51,929 nucleotides of DNA from Atractiella rhizophila (taxonomy: Eukaryota), in contig MU271362.1 of assembly GCA_021432655.1 (NCBI GenBank), forward strand, positions 1-51,929. Direction: 5' to 3'. This document shows, piece by piece, positions 23,100 to 34,527 of the stretch. Every line of letters begins with the position of its first letter. Position 1 is the stretch's first letter. The notes under the pieces were generated by a model that ran no database searches, was not told the origin of the DNA, and saw only the letters and a list, made by a program, of their open reading frames with translations. The translations under genes were made by a program, and so were the position numbers.

Positions 23100-25966
23100 A
23101 TGGTGACGACGCGCCAAATCCGCAAAGAGCCAAGGGCTCCAGTACGACGGAAGCGCTCCTTCTTCGGTTGGATCAAATTCCTCCTCACCACTCTTGCGTT
23201 CTGGACCCTCATCACCTACTTCGCGAGCTGCAAGCTCTCCTCTCCTGCCTCATCCTCCGACCTTTGCGCAAAAGCCGACCAACTCTCCCACCTCCGAGAC
23301 CAGTATCTCATTCAACCTACCCTCTCTTTCGCCCGTACTCACCTGGACCCTCACGTCCGGCCGTATTATGAGCCAGCATCTGAAGTCCTCCAAGAATCCT
23401 TCAGCAAGTACTACACCGGTCCCATCAAAAAGTACGGGGACGCTTCCGTCAGCTACGTTTCGTCAAATTGGGAAAACAATGTCAAACCCGTCCTCGCTAC
23501 AGTTCCAGCAAAAGCCGTCTACGGAGCACGTCAAACAAAGGCTGTAGTCTTCGAGACCGTGGAGCCTCACGTTCCTGAGCAGGTGAAGGAATACGCTCAA
23601 CTGGCACAAAGAGCTTGGGACGATTACGTTCACACTGTCTATCTCCAGATATTGAAAGCGGGCAATGAGCTCTCCCTCCAAGCACAGACATACGCCCCAA
23701 TCGTAAAATCGTATTATCGACGATACGCGATTCCCGCTTTCAAAAGCGTTCACAAGACCTCGAGTGTCGTGTACAAGAGCTATCTGCTACCAGCTTCCAA
23801 GGAGGCGTGGAGGATCGTGACCGACATTATCGTTCCATGGATCAATGCGAAGGTAACCCCAGTTGTGCAGCAGGCGTATGCGAAGTGGGTGGAACCTCAC
23901 GTGGAGAAGGTCTACAAGCGCAAGGAAGCTCCCGTCGCCGTTCAACCTAGCCCTTCCACTCCTGTCGCAAGCACCTCAGCGTCTAATCTCCAGCCCACTC
24001 TCAGTTCTGCTTCCGTCGAAGAAACAGCTTCGTCATCTGTAATTACCTCAACGTCGAAAACGCAAGAACCGACGACGACTGCTTCTCAAGCGTCCAGCTC
24101 AACTTTGGCGGAGGTAACTGATGCGACTGCAGCGGCATCTATCGATGATGAAGAAGACGAGGATGATTTAGAGGGTCAGTAAGTTTCGTCAAGGCCGACA
24201 GCACAGTCCTTGATGGTTATACCAGATTTCATCGCCGAACTTCGAAGCGTCGGCCAGGTCACTACCTCAACAGCGTCTTCTGAAACTGCCAAACCATCAA
24301 TCGTGAAGAAGATTCGACCTCAGCGTGCGGATATGGAAGCTAAGCAAAAGGAGTGGGACGAAGAGACCGACCGACGGATCGCTGAGACCAAGGAGAAATT
24401 CATCAACCAGCTCGTCACCCTTCGAACGGAGAAAGTCGAGGAGAGCAACCAGAAGTTCGAGAAGTCATTGGCGGACTTGGACATTCAGGCTGACGCCCTT
24501 CTGGGGAAGTTGCAGAAGTATTTTGGGAAGAAGTTAAGCGCTTCGGAGAAGACTGATGAAGAAGTGAAGGAGATGCTGACCGATTTCGAGAATGTGGGAA
24601 AGTCAGCGGTGAAGAAGATTACTGATGCGACGAAGAGCTTCAAAGAGGAGCTCGGACAGTTTAATATGACGATGGAGAGAAGAGAGAAAATGATGATTGT
24701 CGCGCTGCAGAAGTCCCTGACTGCCCATGCCAATGCATATGAGGTTTGTTGTCCTTTCCACTATTCGACAACAAATTGATGGAGCTTGACAGACTGCGAT
24801 GGGAATTCCATGGTCATATACAGTAGGTGTTACTCGACATGATTGGACGCGTGTGTTGCCACTCTCTTTTTCCTTGGGCAATTATTCATGGAAGAACAGG
24901 TTATCATGCCCTTGGGAAGAGATGTGCGGCCGCTTCAATTGATATGGAGGCAATCCGCACCGGAAGCATCAAAGTGAAGGAACTTCGAAAATTACAAGTA
25001 TACCAAAACCTCGAAGGATTTGCGGAAGATGCCGATTCGCTGCTGGATCAATTTAAGGACCTCATTAAGCGGACTCTTAAGAAAGGACAAGAGAAGATCG
25101 AGCGAGAGAAGAAGGCAAGCAACCTGGCCGCCGAAGAGGAACCTCTAGCGTCTCCCATCGACAAGGAAGCGGTCAGCGCGTCTGAAGTTGCGTCTGAAAG
25201 TGCGCATGGGGTTTCCAGCGTCGTCGACTCTCCCGATCCCATCGCCACAAAGGATCTTGTCCCTGAATCCAACGAATCTGGCCCAACTACTGCCGTTGAA
25301 CCTGAAGAGGTGTCAGAAAAGCCCTCGACCTCTGGACCTGTTGATGCTGATGATGACGTGGAGTCACCAAGTCCCGATGCCCCCGATGAGAGTATAAATG
25401 GCAACTCCAGCGGGAACAACTCTCCAGCTGGCGCCATTCCTGAGGAACCTATCGAGACAGAGCGTGAAGCGATGGAAGAAATTGCATCGGAGCTTGGAAC
25501 GGAAGTAGTGCCTGAGGAGGAAGAGCAGCACGAGCCGATCATCAACGGCGACAGCGGAGAGGAAATGGTCCCTCCCTCTAGCAATAAGGATGAAGAAGAC
25601 ACTACGCCTGCTAAGACAGCGACGCTGGCTGATACCGAAATAGACGGATCCACTCCCGCTGATCCTGAACTAGATGGTACTACCCCGGTTGAGCTTCCAG
25701 TTGATGTCGATGTTGCTGTTGAAGATGGAAAGACCCAAATTTCTGTGGAGGATGCAGTAGAAGATTCCATTACCTCACCAGACGCCGAGGAATTGTCCAA
25801 GGAAGATCCCACATCTGTCGAAGAAGAGCAAGAGGTGAAGCAGGAGGAGAACAGCATGCCAACCGCCGCAGCAGAGGAAGTTGGAAAGGAGCAAGTTCAA
25901 GCCGTCGAGGATCTCTTGCGGGAGCATACAGAAGAAGAAACTAATAGGGATAGGATTGAGCTATAG
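23100..25966 (+). CDS. She10-like N-terminally anchored, coiled-coil, acidic protein, 4 exons
   Basis: Basic patch plus hydrophobic anchor (FFGWIKFLLTTLAFWTLITYF), amphipathic helical region, S/T-rich linker, coiled coil. Spliced exons give MGIPWSYTVGVTRHDWTRYHALGK, resembling the She10-family W..GVT..DW..YH.L motif as recalled. Ends in RIEL. Start codon uncertain. Confidence 0.7.
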
Positions 25967-27134
25967 GCAGCCGTGGACACTCGTTTTACTTATTTTATCA
26001 CCTCATTCCCAGTTCCGTTCGTTGAATTTCCTTTCAGTCATTCATTGATACCCAATATCTGCTCGTGACATTCTTTCGTTCAACATTCCCCTCTCCAAAA
26101 TGTGATATACATGTACTTTGGTTGGCTGGTCGACAATCTCACACGTTTGAAACAAAAACCTAAACTCTGCCTTTGCGATAACCCCGAGCGACTGTGTCTT
26201 TGTCGACTCCTATGAATTGCCCTCCCAAGCCAAACAGCCCGTCGTCTTCAAGTTGCAGGTCTGATTCCGTTCCAGTTCTGATTCTGCATAACTTGCTCAA
26301 GAATGGCCGGGAACAGTGTGTTGCTAGATTGCCAGATATCCTCCAACTCGGAAGACGAGTCCTGAGTGCATTTAAGTATTTGCAGGCTTTTGCAAAGAAG
26401 CAACGACAGTTTGACATGTTCTTGTCCGCTCCGGCTGCTCATTCAAATAATAGTATCCTCAGCGGGCAGCTTATACATGTCTTCAAAACCTAATGAAGGA
26501 AAATGGTCTCCGGCCTGGGGCTTTTTCGATTTCCTCAGGTTGAAACCACCAAGAGCGGATGGTATATGGCGAATAGTACAGTCGTGTCGACAGGTTGATG
26601 AAAAATGATAGAGTGTCCAAGCCTGAGTTGTCAACGCAATGTTCAGTGCTCGGCGTTTCAACGTCCCATGTTCAACTACAGCTCAAGCTGCCTCCAGATC
26701 GCAATGGTCATCCCCGACCTGAACGAAGTTTAGGACGGTCTTTGTCGAGCTCAAACACGATCATCCGGTGACATTCCTGCTGCACGCAGCACTTACCGAC
26801 TTGCATCCGAGCCCCTCAAGGGGCTACTAACTTTACAAACCTGGTCCCGCCTCTTTTCTGCCCGCCCAAATCTAACATTACAACCTGCACCTGCCTCTAA
26901 GCGTAAACACAAAGGTGACATCTGAGAAATGAAAAGATAACTTCCTGATCAAGTGTCTTGTTCATTCAAATCTTCAAAACTGATAAGTTTGTGTCTCACG
27001 ATTCAGACATGAATTGTACAGAATTCTCTTTCCAGCCCCTTTATTCTTGCCAAAATTATTGCAAGGAAGAAGCAAAGACGTGCTCATGAAATAATGAGAG
27101 GGAACAAAAGAAACATCATTGAATGCTCAGCAGA

Positions 27135-27597
27135 AGCCAAATAGTAGCCATCATAGCTGTACCAGCATTGGGGACAAGCATGTTCACAAGGATTCTGTAC
27201 TTTTTTCCTTCGACAGAAAGTGCCTTGGAGAATCCAAGAATTGCAGCCTTTGCAGTCAAATAGTTGGCTTGTCCAAAGTTCCCAAACAGCGCAACGACGG
27301 AGGTAGCATTCACAATTGACCGTATTTCTGTGCGAGGAAATGAGGCCATGCTGCTTTGGTGCAGGAGTAGGTGCCTTTGAGGTGGACGGAGTAAACCAGG
27401 TCCCATTCTGCGTCGGTCATGGTGGTAAAGGATTTGTCCTAAGGATACTGGCATTGTTGACCAGAATCTGCAGCATCGATTCAGCCTGGCTCAGCATATG
27501 GAGAAGAGAAGTATACATGAACTGTGCCAAAAGCATCAATGGCGGTCTTGATGACCTTTTCTCCTTCTGTCACAGAATCGGTGTTAGCGACAGCTTG
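27135..27597 (-). pseudogene. Fragment of a Fox2-type peroxisomal multifunctional beta-oxidation enzyme (SDR domain)
   Basis: AVANTDSVTEGEKVIKTAIDAFGTVH / ILVNNASILR / KSFTTMTDAEWDLVYSVHLKGTYSCTKAAWPHF / GNFGQANY.TAK...NMLVPNAGTAMMATIW; two frameshifts; retains an intron. Confidence 0.85.
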
Positions 27598-27704
27598 ATG
27601 ATCATGCTGCATTTTTGCCAAGGTTGAAAAGAGCTGGCCATACAAGGTACCTGAAAGCACGAAGAAGGCATGCACTTGTTATTACTATAATGCAACAATG
27701 TTGG

Positions 27705-28117
27705 TGTCAGGTTTGCATCTTACGCAAATCGGCGCCCCTTCGCCAGATTGTGTCTCCTGCTGCCCATTTGCGTTCCCTGCGAATCGGCGCCCGTTCGCCA
27801 CTCTGCGTCTCCTGTTCGCCGATTTGCGCCTACATCACCACTTAGCCCAATTGTGCTTATCCTCCTCTTATTAACTCCTCGTAATCCCACTGTCACTTCC
27901 CCTTTTAGTTCTCTTACATGTTTCTTCTGCTCTCCTCTACGCTCTGTGGCAGTGTTATTCCGCTTGTATATATAGATCCGAGAGTAGTGGAGGTGACCTT
28001 AGAGTATTCTCTTAGGTTTATCTCCACTACAGGTTAGTCTCCAAATGTCATATCATGCCCTTAGGTTTATCTCCACTAGAGACACATTGGCAACTGCACA
28101 TAGTGTCAGCCCTAACA
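27705..28117 (+). mobile_element. Solo LTR, subtype B
   Basis: TGTCAGGTTTGCATC...GCCCTAACA; no matching TSD (GTTGG vs GGCAA). Confidence 0.92.
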
Positions 28118-28335
28118 GGCAAATGGCCCCTCATTCACATAAAATACAAATGGGCAATGGGAGACACAAAGTGGCGATGGCAAGTGCAAGTCGGCAAATG
28201 TGAGACACAGACTGGTGATGGGGTGATGGGAGTGCCGACGGACGGACAGGTGCCGACTCACACAGAACTCAAATGGGCGACTGGAGATGCAAAGTGGCGA
28301 ACAGGCGCCGATTTGCATGGGATGTAAACCTGACA
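28118..28335 (-). mobile_element. Truncated, diverged LTR 5' end in inverted orientation
   Basis: Ends GGCGCCGATTTGCATGGGATGTAAACCTGACA, the reverse complement of a subtype-B-like LTR start. Confidence 0.75.
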
Positions 28336-28519
28336 ATTGAATAGTAAGTACTTTCCTCACTAACCTGCACCAATGAATGCTACATCTAACAATAATATAA
28401 GTGGGATTGCTGAAACAACAAATGCCTTGCACCAAAAATCCTGGAAGCCATTGTGTAGCCCCCTTAGATGTATTACCCTTGTGCAAAGATGCACCACACT
28501 ACTGCTGGTGCAACCGTCC

Positions 28520-30391
28520 GTTGTGCCAGAGGGTCAAAATGATGTACCTCCGTACACTAGTAGCATATGACTAAACAGGATTGTTCTCTCCTTCTCTCCA
28601 CCGCTTCTTATTCTTGAACAACAACGCAATTAAAGGACACAGACTGAAAAGTCAAGACTTGTCTTACACGTAGGTCGGGGACTGGCGCACGGCGCCGCTA
28701 CGATCCAGGTAATCAACAATCAAGTTGGAACTGGAACACCCTTGGCGTCCCAACCCATGGAAAACCATGAACCAGTGATTAGTTTATTGGTTCATGAAAT
28801 TCAACTAGTTTAAAGCGTCGAGAAAGACGTATTTCTTTAGAGCACCGTTTTCCAACGATAAGAGTACAGGGGGTAGCTAGCAGTCAGAACACTATGATGG
28901 CTTTACACTGTACAGCTCGACAACCAGCTTAGCCTTAACAAAACATCCCTTCGGGGAAACTTGGCAAAGTTACCAAATTTACATTCCAGCTCGACCAAGT
29001 AACCGCAGGAAACAACTACTTATACTTTTAACTTACCCTTCGTTGACACGTCAAAATGGCAAAGGTCTTACCTTGATAACTTAAAAACTGGTTAGCTCCG
29101 CACTAGCGTTTTAATATATCGAGATTGCAGGCTTCTAACTATTTTTGGAATCCAAGTGTGAGACGAAGTATTTGTCGTAGATCCTGAAGCGTAGGAAGAG
29201 GAGGTCTCATACTTTAAAGCTCCACCATCTCAGAGGAGGTACTGACTCAGAAGCGCTCTTTTTACACCTGAGCGTTAACACCGGTGACGAAGTCGCAGTT
29301 CGCGAGCTAACAGGCGTTGAGACGATTCACTAGGTTCTCCCTTAGTAGTAATCCTCTGGCTCTTATGAGTTCCAACTGTCAAGCATAAAACCCAACCTGG
29401 AGAGCTTGAAGCGCTTTCTCAGCGACTTCCGATTGCGGAGCTAGAACCAGTTTGAACTTTAGATTGGCTACGGTGTCTGCGGAAGCCGGAAGTACGAAGG
29501 AGAACACAAAATTGAAAAGTTTCCGTGACTTACCAAGCCCTAGCTTTAAAGCTTGAGACCGTAAGGTATCGGACGTATGAAAACGCGTTGTAAACGTCAG
29601 ACGACGTACCGAAAGAAAGCGTTGGAGGTAATTTTAGTACAGGTTTTAAAGGTCACCGTGTCTTCACTACCCGCTCACCAGACCTTAGCAGCTCTTAACC
29701 TTATAGGTATGTGCCTTTCTAAGCGGAAGGAGGTCTTAGAGTTCGCCGCCACATCGTAGCGGTCACCACCGCCCTCGACTCTGTCCTAGACAGCTCTCTG
29801 CTTTGAAGGTACGACCCTATCTTAACTCGCTCTTGAGAGGATCCTTACTTGGTCGTAGTTACTTGCACCGGAACCCGGGAACCAGGTCTAGCGTAAGTTA
29901 ACAGTACTGGAAACCTATGACTAAACCCAGAACCAAACGACGTATTAAGAGCCACGACTAGTGCTGCCTTCCCCTCAGCTTTTCACTAAACGGCAATAAG
30001 CTGCTCATTTGGACTTGCAAGCCGCACAGCAAACTTTTCGTTACGTCTTTTGGAACGTGTAGTCAACGCTTCACTGGCCTTTCCGTGGTTACATTTTCTA
30101 CTTTTGAAGTAGGAAAGCTCGCTTCACGTCCGATGTTTACTTCCACAGGTCGAGTTCGTCTATATTAAACTGAGAAGAAGTTCCCTTCGACCTGCTCGCC
30201 CTCTTCCTTTCTGCACTTCTTAACCTTCCGTAAGACCGCTTTTGTTAGACAAGGGTAAACTTAGGAAGTACGAGAGCTGAGCTTAGACGTGGGCTTTGAG
30301 TTCAAGTTAAAGCTTTCTCGTAACCTGGAACTAAGAATGCAAAGGGTGGTTGTGTGGAGTGGCTAACTAAAGACACTCACGAAGTACCGGC
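28520..30391. other. Mirror-image block (reversed, not complemented) encoding an F-box/LRR-like paralogue; probable assembly artefact
   Basis: Reading the + strand right to left without complementing gives 350 open codons (30107 to 29058) containing SPITSVPLEILDMILMEV...CAKVCRLWNA, and later LDMSHFGSITRLTIDGGHENSNL. Left boundary approximate. Confidence 0.88.
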
Positions 30392-30465
30392 NNNNNNNNN
30401 NNNNNNNNNNNNNNNNNNNNNNNNNNNNNNNNNNNNNNNNNNNNNNNNNNNNNNNNNNNNNNNNN
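30392..30465. other. Assembly gap (74 N)
   Basis: Run of n characters. Confidence 1.
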
Positions 30466-32687
30466 CATAGCCCTCTTTTTCCGCCAATGGGATGAAGATG
30501 AGCTGCGTCTTGCGCGCATGCCTGGAGTTAGGCTCACTGAAGGAATGACTTGACGTATAAATACATATGATGTGTCGACAATGAGACGTGCTGTCGTGAA
30601 CCGCATATCATTGCACATCCATTACACCTGGAAGCGTCCTTGGAATCAAACACATTATAAGAGTGCTGATGCAACCGTTCCGGCGGAGCAGTGGACGGAT
30701 TGAACCTCAGTCAATATCCTCCACCAGCCACAGAACGCTCTTATTTCACCGTCACGACTAGGATAAGATCAAAACCCTCGAAACTGGGCAAAAGAGGTCA
30801 GTTGGCTGATAGGTCACAAAATACGTTGGCCCTATTGCTCCTCTAACCCCACTGACCAGTAGAGTATATCTTATTGCGAATGGATTGTGGTATGCGTCGG
30901 GGAACCAAAGGCAGAAAGTTTGGGCAGGAAAACATCCTAGCTGATGAGGCATTTCATAACAGAGACGAGAGCTTCCGAGCATGTGCATTCCATGAAGAGC
31001 CCAGGGACAGAGTAAAATGAGACTAAGTTACATGCGTGAAGACTGAAAAAACAAACAGCCAATTTATTTCTTTGCTGAGTTCCTTGCCTGCTTCCTTATT
31101 ATCATTCAAAATGGAGAGGGACATACCGATAGTGCTTTCAGCGGATCCTCTTTGCATTGTGTCAGGCGCTGCGTCTCTCTTCTCTTTCCCATCCCAGCCT
31201 TGTACCATTGTTGGCAAATACTCTAGTTCTGCTCTAGTCATCTTTCCACGAGTAATACCTCTCTAACGATTATTCTCCAAGGACTATATATTTATTGCTG
31301 ACAGTAGGAGGAGGCAGTAATGACAAAATATTCGTAGTGATCAAGCCAATGACATTAGGGGTGCTTTTAGGGTGAGAAAGCGCCGGGTATGGTGGTGGTG
31401 AGTGCCTATGTTGCAAATTACAGTAATGTTGGCGAAAGATGTTGACATCTCAAATGTGGAAGGATATGAAAGGTAGCCCAAATATCGTGATCAAACGCTT
31501 ATCGAAGAACCTCTCACGCGTTATGTACGGTGGGAGGAAAGGGTTCTATTTGCTAAGCAGTGCCAATTAATATACGCTGACGGGATCCAGTGAGAGAGAT
31601 CCGCTCACAGCGATGCGATCCTCACAAATGATGACCCTAATCGTCCTCACAGGTGTTCATGTTCAACCTCTGTTTGGCGGTTCAACGACGATGAGTCGAC
31701 AGCACAATCAATTCTGCTACATTTCTGTCTATGTATTTTTGTCCCCTTTCGAGGTGAAGATCTCAGGAACCAAACCACAAACAACACGAGTTTTAAAAGG
31801 ACGTCTATTTGTTAACCAGAGTAAAACGTTCCTTGAACTTTCAAGTCGCGACCTTGTTGCCTGCGGAAGTCAAATCATTGTTCCCTTGTCCTCTTCGCTG
31901 CCTGTCCTTGTTATGGGTTCCCTAAATACCCATCCGTCGTATAAGAATGGCTTGTTAGCGACTCCATCCGCAGAGTAACGCGTCGTAAGTGGTGGAAACG
32001 TAAATCGCACCTTCCACAACTGTACAACTGGAAGCAAAAATAGGGAGACAATGATGCACGCCCCGACAGAGAGCGAAGCGCGTCTGTTGCTCTCTTTGCG
32101 GATGAGTCGGGGAGCTGAAAGAACGGAAACTTTTGGGAGGTTCGAGGACTCTTCTGCGGTGGGAGTGCAGAACGTGGCGGAGATGATGGCCGTGGATGAA
32201 GGAGTATCGAAAGATTCGGTATGCTTTCTCCTGTTCTTTCAGTTATCGAATACACCTTGAATGGACTAGCAGGAAGAACATCACCCCCGTATATATGAGC
32301 AGCAAGTGAGCAAGTTTCCTGTCATTCCGCCAAGCGAAAGCCCATACCTCTCCATTCATAGATGGACGACAATGCCTCGCACCCTGAACTCTGGGATCAC
32401 GAGGAACCGTCTGGTGCAACGCTAGTATGCAGAATTTAGACTCCCTGTATAAGTCACTCACTCCATCGTAGATCGACCTTTTCCTACGCCCCCTCCCCTT
32501 TCCCAACCTGATCTACCACTCCTTTCCTCCGCCTACCCAAAGAAAGCAAAGAAGCCGACGACTCGACCGCCGAACCGCAGAGCTTCGGCATGGCCCATAT
32601 CCTGCTGATGCCTCCAGCTGCCGAGAGGAGAGGGAGCCCGGGAAGGCGACTAGGCAATCAGGACGGAGGAAGGAGAAAGGGAAGGAG

Positions 32688-33848
32688 GTGAATTTGGATT
32701 TTGGATGGCGAGAAGTTAGTCCCACTATGAGTCGGAAGAGAAGGGTCACGGAGCTGGATGTGAGAGCGGCGGAGACGGCCCAAAAGAGGAGGAAAGTCTC
32801 CATCTCGAGTGAGCTGAGGAATGAAGTCCTTCGTCTCGAGCCCGAATTGGGAGAAGGGGATGTGAAGAGAGGGGAAAAGCGAAAGGCGTTGGGAGCGGGA
32901 GACGGAGAAGGAGTGAATGCTAAGAAAAAGACAAAAGTTCTACCGTTGTCAACTGTCCAAGCGATGAGGAAATCGAACAGGACTTCACGAACGCCAGTAA
33001 AGTATGGGGATGACGATTCCGTGTCTGTCACGATCGAGGGCAACGAAGGTGTTGGGTCGACTAGCAAGATTACGCTAGATCAACCAGATGTGTCGAATTT
33101 GCCACTCCTTCACGATCAACTCCTCGCTCCAGCGGACTTCACTACTTCGTCGGAGCAGCTGATTCCGGTACCCCTTCAAGCAGTCAAACGAAAACGCGGT
33201 AGGCCACGAAAAGCCGTCTCAGCTCAGGAGTGTGGAGAGCTAGTCTCTCAGCGCCTTCCTCACCTCCAGTACGCATCTGCAAAGAACGCGGTCGCTTCTG
33301 CTACGATGGGCGAGGGATTCGTGCCGCTTCCTCCAAACTCAAGTCCGGTCGTCGATGGGCTCGTCGATGGAGAAGATTTTCGGCCTATGAACATCGGTGT
33401 GTCAGCGGAAGCAGATATCGCGATGAGGGAGAGCGTAGAGTTCCCTTACCATCTGCTAGAAAGTATGTCTGGCACACAAGGAGGCAGGATGGCTGGAAAC
33501 TTTCCTTCCACTTCGGACGCACGTCTGGGGTTCGCCTCAGAATCCTCCCCTTCCGTACCAACAGGTGATCAGATACTGCCACTCCAATTGATCAAAAGTC
33601 CTTCGACTCACCTTCCAGACCCTTTATCCAGTGGTCCCCCTTTGACCCTGCAAGTGGATTCCACTCCCCCTTCATCTCCTCATCAAATCCAAGTTGTTCC
33701 CTCCTCCCCCTCACGATCCCCATTTACCAGTCGCTCCATTTCTGCTCCCCCTCCTGCCTCTCCTTCTCTCAGGCTCCCTCTCCGGGCCTGTCAGAGTGGA
33801 GTCACTCTGCATGGAACCTCGGCAGCTCGATGTAATGATTACACATGA
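32688..33848 (+). CDS. Low-complexity, probably nuclear protein with an AT-hook; upstream exons likely
   Basis: 386-codon ORF with KRKRGRPRK AT-hook, several NLS-like basic clusters and a P/S-rich tail; frame is also open upstream to about 32470. Confidence 0.6.
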   Translation: MNLDFGWREVSPTMSRKRRVTELDVRAAETAQKRRKVSISSELRNEVLRLEPELGEGDVKRGEKRKALGAGDGEGVNAKKKTKVLPLSTVQAMRKSNRTSRTPVKYGDDDSVSVTIEGNEGVGSTSKITLDQPDVSNLPLLHDQLLAPADFTTSSEQLIPVPLQAVKRKRGRPRKAVSAQECGELVSQRLPHLQYASAKNAVASATMGEGFVPLPPNSSPVVDGLVDGEDFRPMNIGVSAEADIAMRESVEFPYHLLESMSGTQGGRMAGNFPSTSDARLGFASESSPSVPTGDQILPLQLIKSPSTHLPDPLSSGPPLTLQVDSTPPSSPHQIQVVPSSPSRSPFTSRSISAPPPASPSLRLPLRACQSGVTLHGTSAARCNDYT

Positions 33849-33921
33849 ATAACCTTAGGATGCGGTACTTGGGCGAACCATGAGTAAAAACGGCGTTGTG
33901 ATTTCACCACTTTACAGTTGC

Positions 33922-34527
33922 TTATAGCTCATTATTAGCGTTGGAACGACGACAACATACCTCTCGAACTCGATCTCTAAAAGCCTCCAGCATTTTCGCG
34001 TAGCCTTCCAGCTTTCTCCTCCTGTCAATCTCGTTATGAATAATTATCAAACGTCGCTTTCTTGTCTTCAACAGCAATTTCAGCTCGTCCTCTTCTGCAA
34101 AACGACTCTTGAGTCCTTGGAAAACCCACTCCCAGTTCTTCCTCTTATCTAGCAACATCAAACCCTCTTCCATCCCAGCCGCAAGTGTTTGTGCTCCTTC
34201 TACACTCTTACACAGACGAACCTTCTCCCTCAAGTCTCCATCCGGAACAGCTCCGCAGAGACGATAATGCTCCATTGTAGGATACAGCTTATTCCCAACC
34301 TTAACCTCGCAAGGAAAGAAAGGATGGAGTCTTTTCGCGGGCCCTCGAGCATCGGCTGCGATGAAGAGCGGATCGAAGCTCTCGTCTTCTGGAACATTGT
34401 AGATATCTGTTTTTGCATCGAAAGGACGAAGCAGCCATCGGCAATCTTGGTGAAGCACCACGACCTGGCTTTCTGAACCAAGAGGCTTCATTCGAGATGA
34501 GGCACGCGAAGGGCTTTGTTTTGACAA
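33922..34527 (-). CDS. Divergent NADAR (YbiA-like) domain, probably the last exon of a larger gene extending to ~35600
   Basis: LHPFFPCEVKVGNKLYPTMEHY ... LREKVR...AQTLA ... W...LKSRF...LKLLLKT...LI matches the NADAR pattern (F.....G..YPT.EHY; KF.....LL.T). Confidence 0.65.
   Translation of the reverse strand: MSKQSPSRASSRMKPLGSESQVVVLHQDCRWLLRPFDAKTDIYNVPEDESFDPLFIAADARGPAKRLHPFFPCEVKVGNKLYPTMEHYRLCGAVPDGDLREKVRLCKSVEGAQTLAAGMEEGLMLLDKRKNWEWVFQGLKSRFAEEDELKLLLKTRKRRLIIIHNEIDRRRKLEGYAKMLEAFRDRVREVCCRRSNANNEL

Noticed and set aside
25048..25857. 269-aa Ser-rich minus-strand ORF
   Set aside because: Antisense shadow of the acidic She10-like exon.
26443..26661. HIPSALGGFNL resembling a non-LTR RT thumb motif
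   Set aside because: No other RT motifs found nearby; too short to support.
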